DNA of 64,000 nucleotides from Macrostomum lignano (lineage: Eukaryota). Under the pieces are notes generated by a model. It saw nothing but the letters and a program-made list of their open reading frames with translations. It had not been told where the DNA came from and made no database searches. Positions 62,434-64,000 of this stretch are shown here, piece by piece. Position 1 is the stretch's first letter, and each line of letters starts with the position of its first letter. Position numbers and translations under genes: made by a program. Location: contig NIVC01003432.1 in the NCBI GenBank assembly GCA_002269645.1, forward strand, positions 33,936 to 97,935, read 5' to 3'.

Positions 62434-64000
62434 CTCGAAACAGCTCCCACAGCTGAGCCAATCTGCCACAGAATCTTCTGTTTGAGTGAAGCGCTCGGCA
62501 CTTGACGGGTCAGTTCGTCGGAGGCCAGCAAAGTGGACAAGGTCTTGTCGAAATTGACGGTCGGCTGACTCGGTAGCGACACAGTCTGATGATCAGGTTT
62601 GCCAAGTGAGATGAGTCGAGAGCTGTTAAGAACGGAGGGCTCTTCAATAACGACGTCGAACTTAGTGCTGGATGATTTTGTGCTGAGCACCGGCTGGGAG
62701 CCAAAATTGGTAACGCGCTTTGACTGCTTGGACAAATGGACTCGCTCCGCAGCCATAGTCAGGCGTCGGTCGTTCGACACGGAACGACGTTCTCGTGACA
62801 GCCGTCGGTCCATCGACACAAACGCGACGCTCAGCAGCTCTAGTCAGACGTCGGTCAGTCGACACAGCTCGACGCTCAGCAGCTCTAGTCAGACGTCGGT
62901 CAGTCGACACAGCGCGACGCTCGCAGTAGTCGACGCAGCAGTCGACAACGAACGACGCTCTCGTGACAGCCGTCGGTCAGTCGACACAGCGCGACGCTCA
63001 GCAGCTCTAGTCAGACGTCGGTCAGTCGACACAGCGCGACGCTCAGCAGCTCTAGTCAGACGTCGGTCAGTCGACACAGCGCGACGCTCAGCAGCCCTAG
63101 TCAGACGTCAGGTCAGTTCGACACGGAACGACGCTCTCGTGACAGCCGTCGGTCAGTCGACACAACGCGACGCTCAGCAGCTCTAGTCAGACGTCGGTCA
63201 GTCGACACAGCGCGACGCTCAGCAGCCCTAGTCAGACGTCGGTCGTTCGACACGGAACGACGCTCAGAGCTCTAGTCGCCGTCGTCGGTCGTTCACAGCG
63301 CGAACGCTCAGCAGCTCTAGTCAGCGTCGGTCAGTCGAACACGGAGCGACGCTGCTCGTGACAGCCGTCGGTCCATCGACACAGCGCGACGCTCAGAGCT
63401 CTAGTCAGACGTCGGTCGTTCGACACGGAACGACGCTCAGCGTGAAGCCGTCGGTCCATCGACACAGCGCGACGCTCAGCAGCTCTAGTCAGACGTCGGT
63501 CGTTCGACACAGACGACGCTCTCGTGACAGCCGTCGGTCATCGACACAGCGCGACGCTCAGCAGCTCTAGTCAGACGTCGGTCAGTCGACACGGAACGCG
63601 CTCTCTAGTCAGCGTCGGTCAGTCGACACAGCGCGACGCTCAGCAGCTCTAGTCAGACGTCGGTCGTCGCACGAACGACGCTCTCGTGACAGCCGTCGGT
63701 CCATCGACAGCACAGCGCGACGCTCAGCAGCTCTAGTCAGACGTCGGTCAGTCGACACAGCGCGACGCTCAGCAGCTCTAGTCAGACGTCGGTCGTTCGA
63801 CACGGAACGAGCTCTCGTGACAGCCGTCGGTCATCGACACAGCGCGACGCTCAGCAGCTCTAGTCAGACGTCGGTCAGTCGACACAGCGCGACGCTCAGC
63901 AGCTCCTAGTCAGACGTCGGTCGTTCGACACGGAACGACGCTCTCGTGACAGCCGTCGGTCCATCGACACAGCGCGACGCTCAGCAGCTCTAGTCAGACG
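62434..64000 (-). CDS. Large exon of an unknown protein: tandem 13/15-aa Arg-rich repeats (LSRERRSVSNDRR / LTRAAERRAVSTDRR) followed by a unique Ser-rich region; many small indels in the repeat part; truncated by the window end
   Basis: Units of 39 and 45 bp run in frame into a unique open frame 62434-62819 that ends at a donor; the plus strand is not open across 62412-62592. Confidence 0.55.

Overview
This is eukaryotic (animal) genomic DNA, not prokaryotic. It has spliced genes with GT-AG introns, the standard code, GC-rich exons and a very high density of unrelated 14-45 bp minisatellites, often one private array per intron. That architecture resembles the flatworm Macrostomum, but this is an inference from style only. 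Genes supported by manual splicing: (1) a minus-strand protocadherin (signal peptide plus cadherin repeats 1-3, continuing beyond position 1, with a 1-nt frameshift in exon 2); (2) a plus-strand two-exon gene with a disordered RVxF-bearing N-terminus fused to a peroxiredoxin-like domain whose catalytic Cys and Arg appear replaced; (3) a three-exon C2H2 zinc-finger/polyQ gene; (4) a complete six-exon SPAG6/PF16 (508 aa); (5) a divergently oriented two-exon MARCH-like RING-CH membrane E3 ligase with His>Cys at a zinc ligand; (6) the 3' end of a minus-strand Arg-rich repeat protein with a hydrophobic C-terminus. Weaker candidates are two paralogous ~71-aa ORFs and an orphan exon. Three non-autonomous DNA transposons (Foldback/MULE-like, Tc1/mariner-like, hAT-like) are recognisable from their ends. 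Most long ORFs in the supplied track are repeat artefacts. All coordinates were counted by hand, array boundaries are approximate, and no searches were run.
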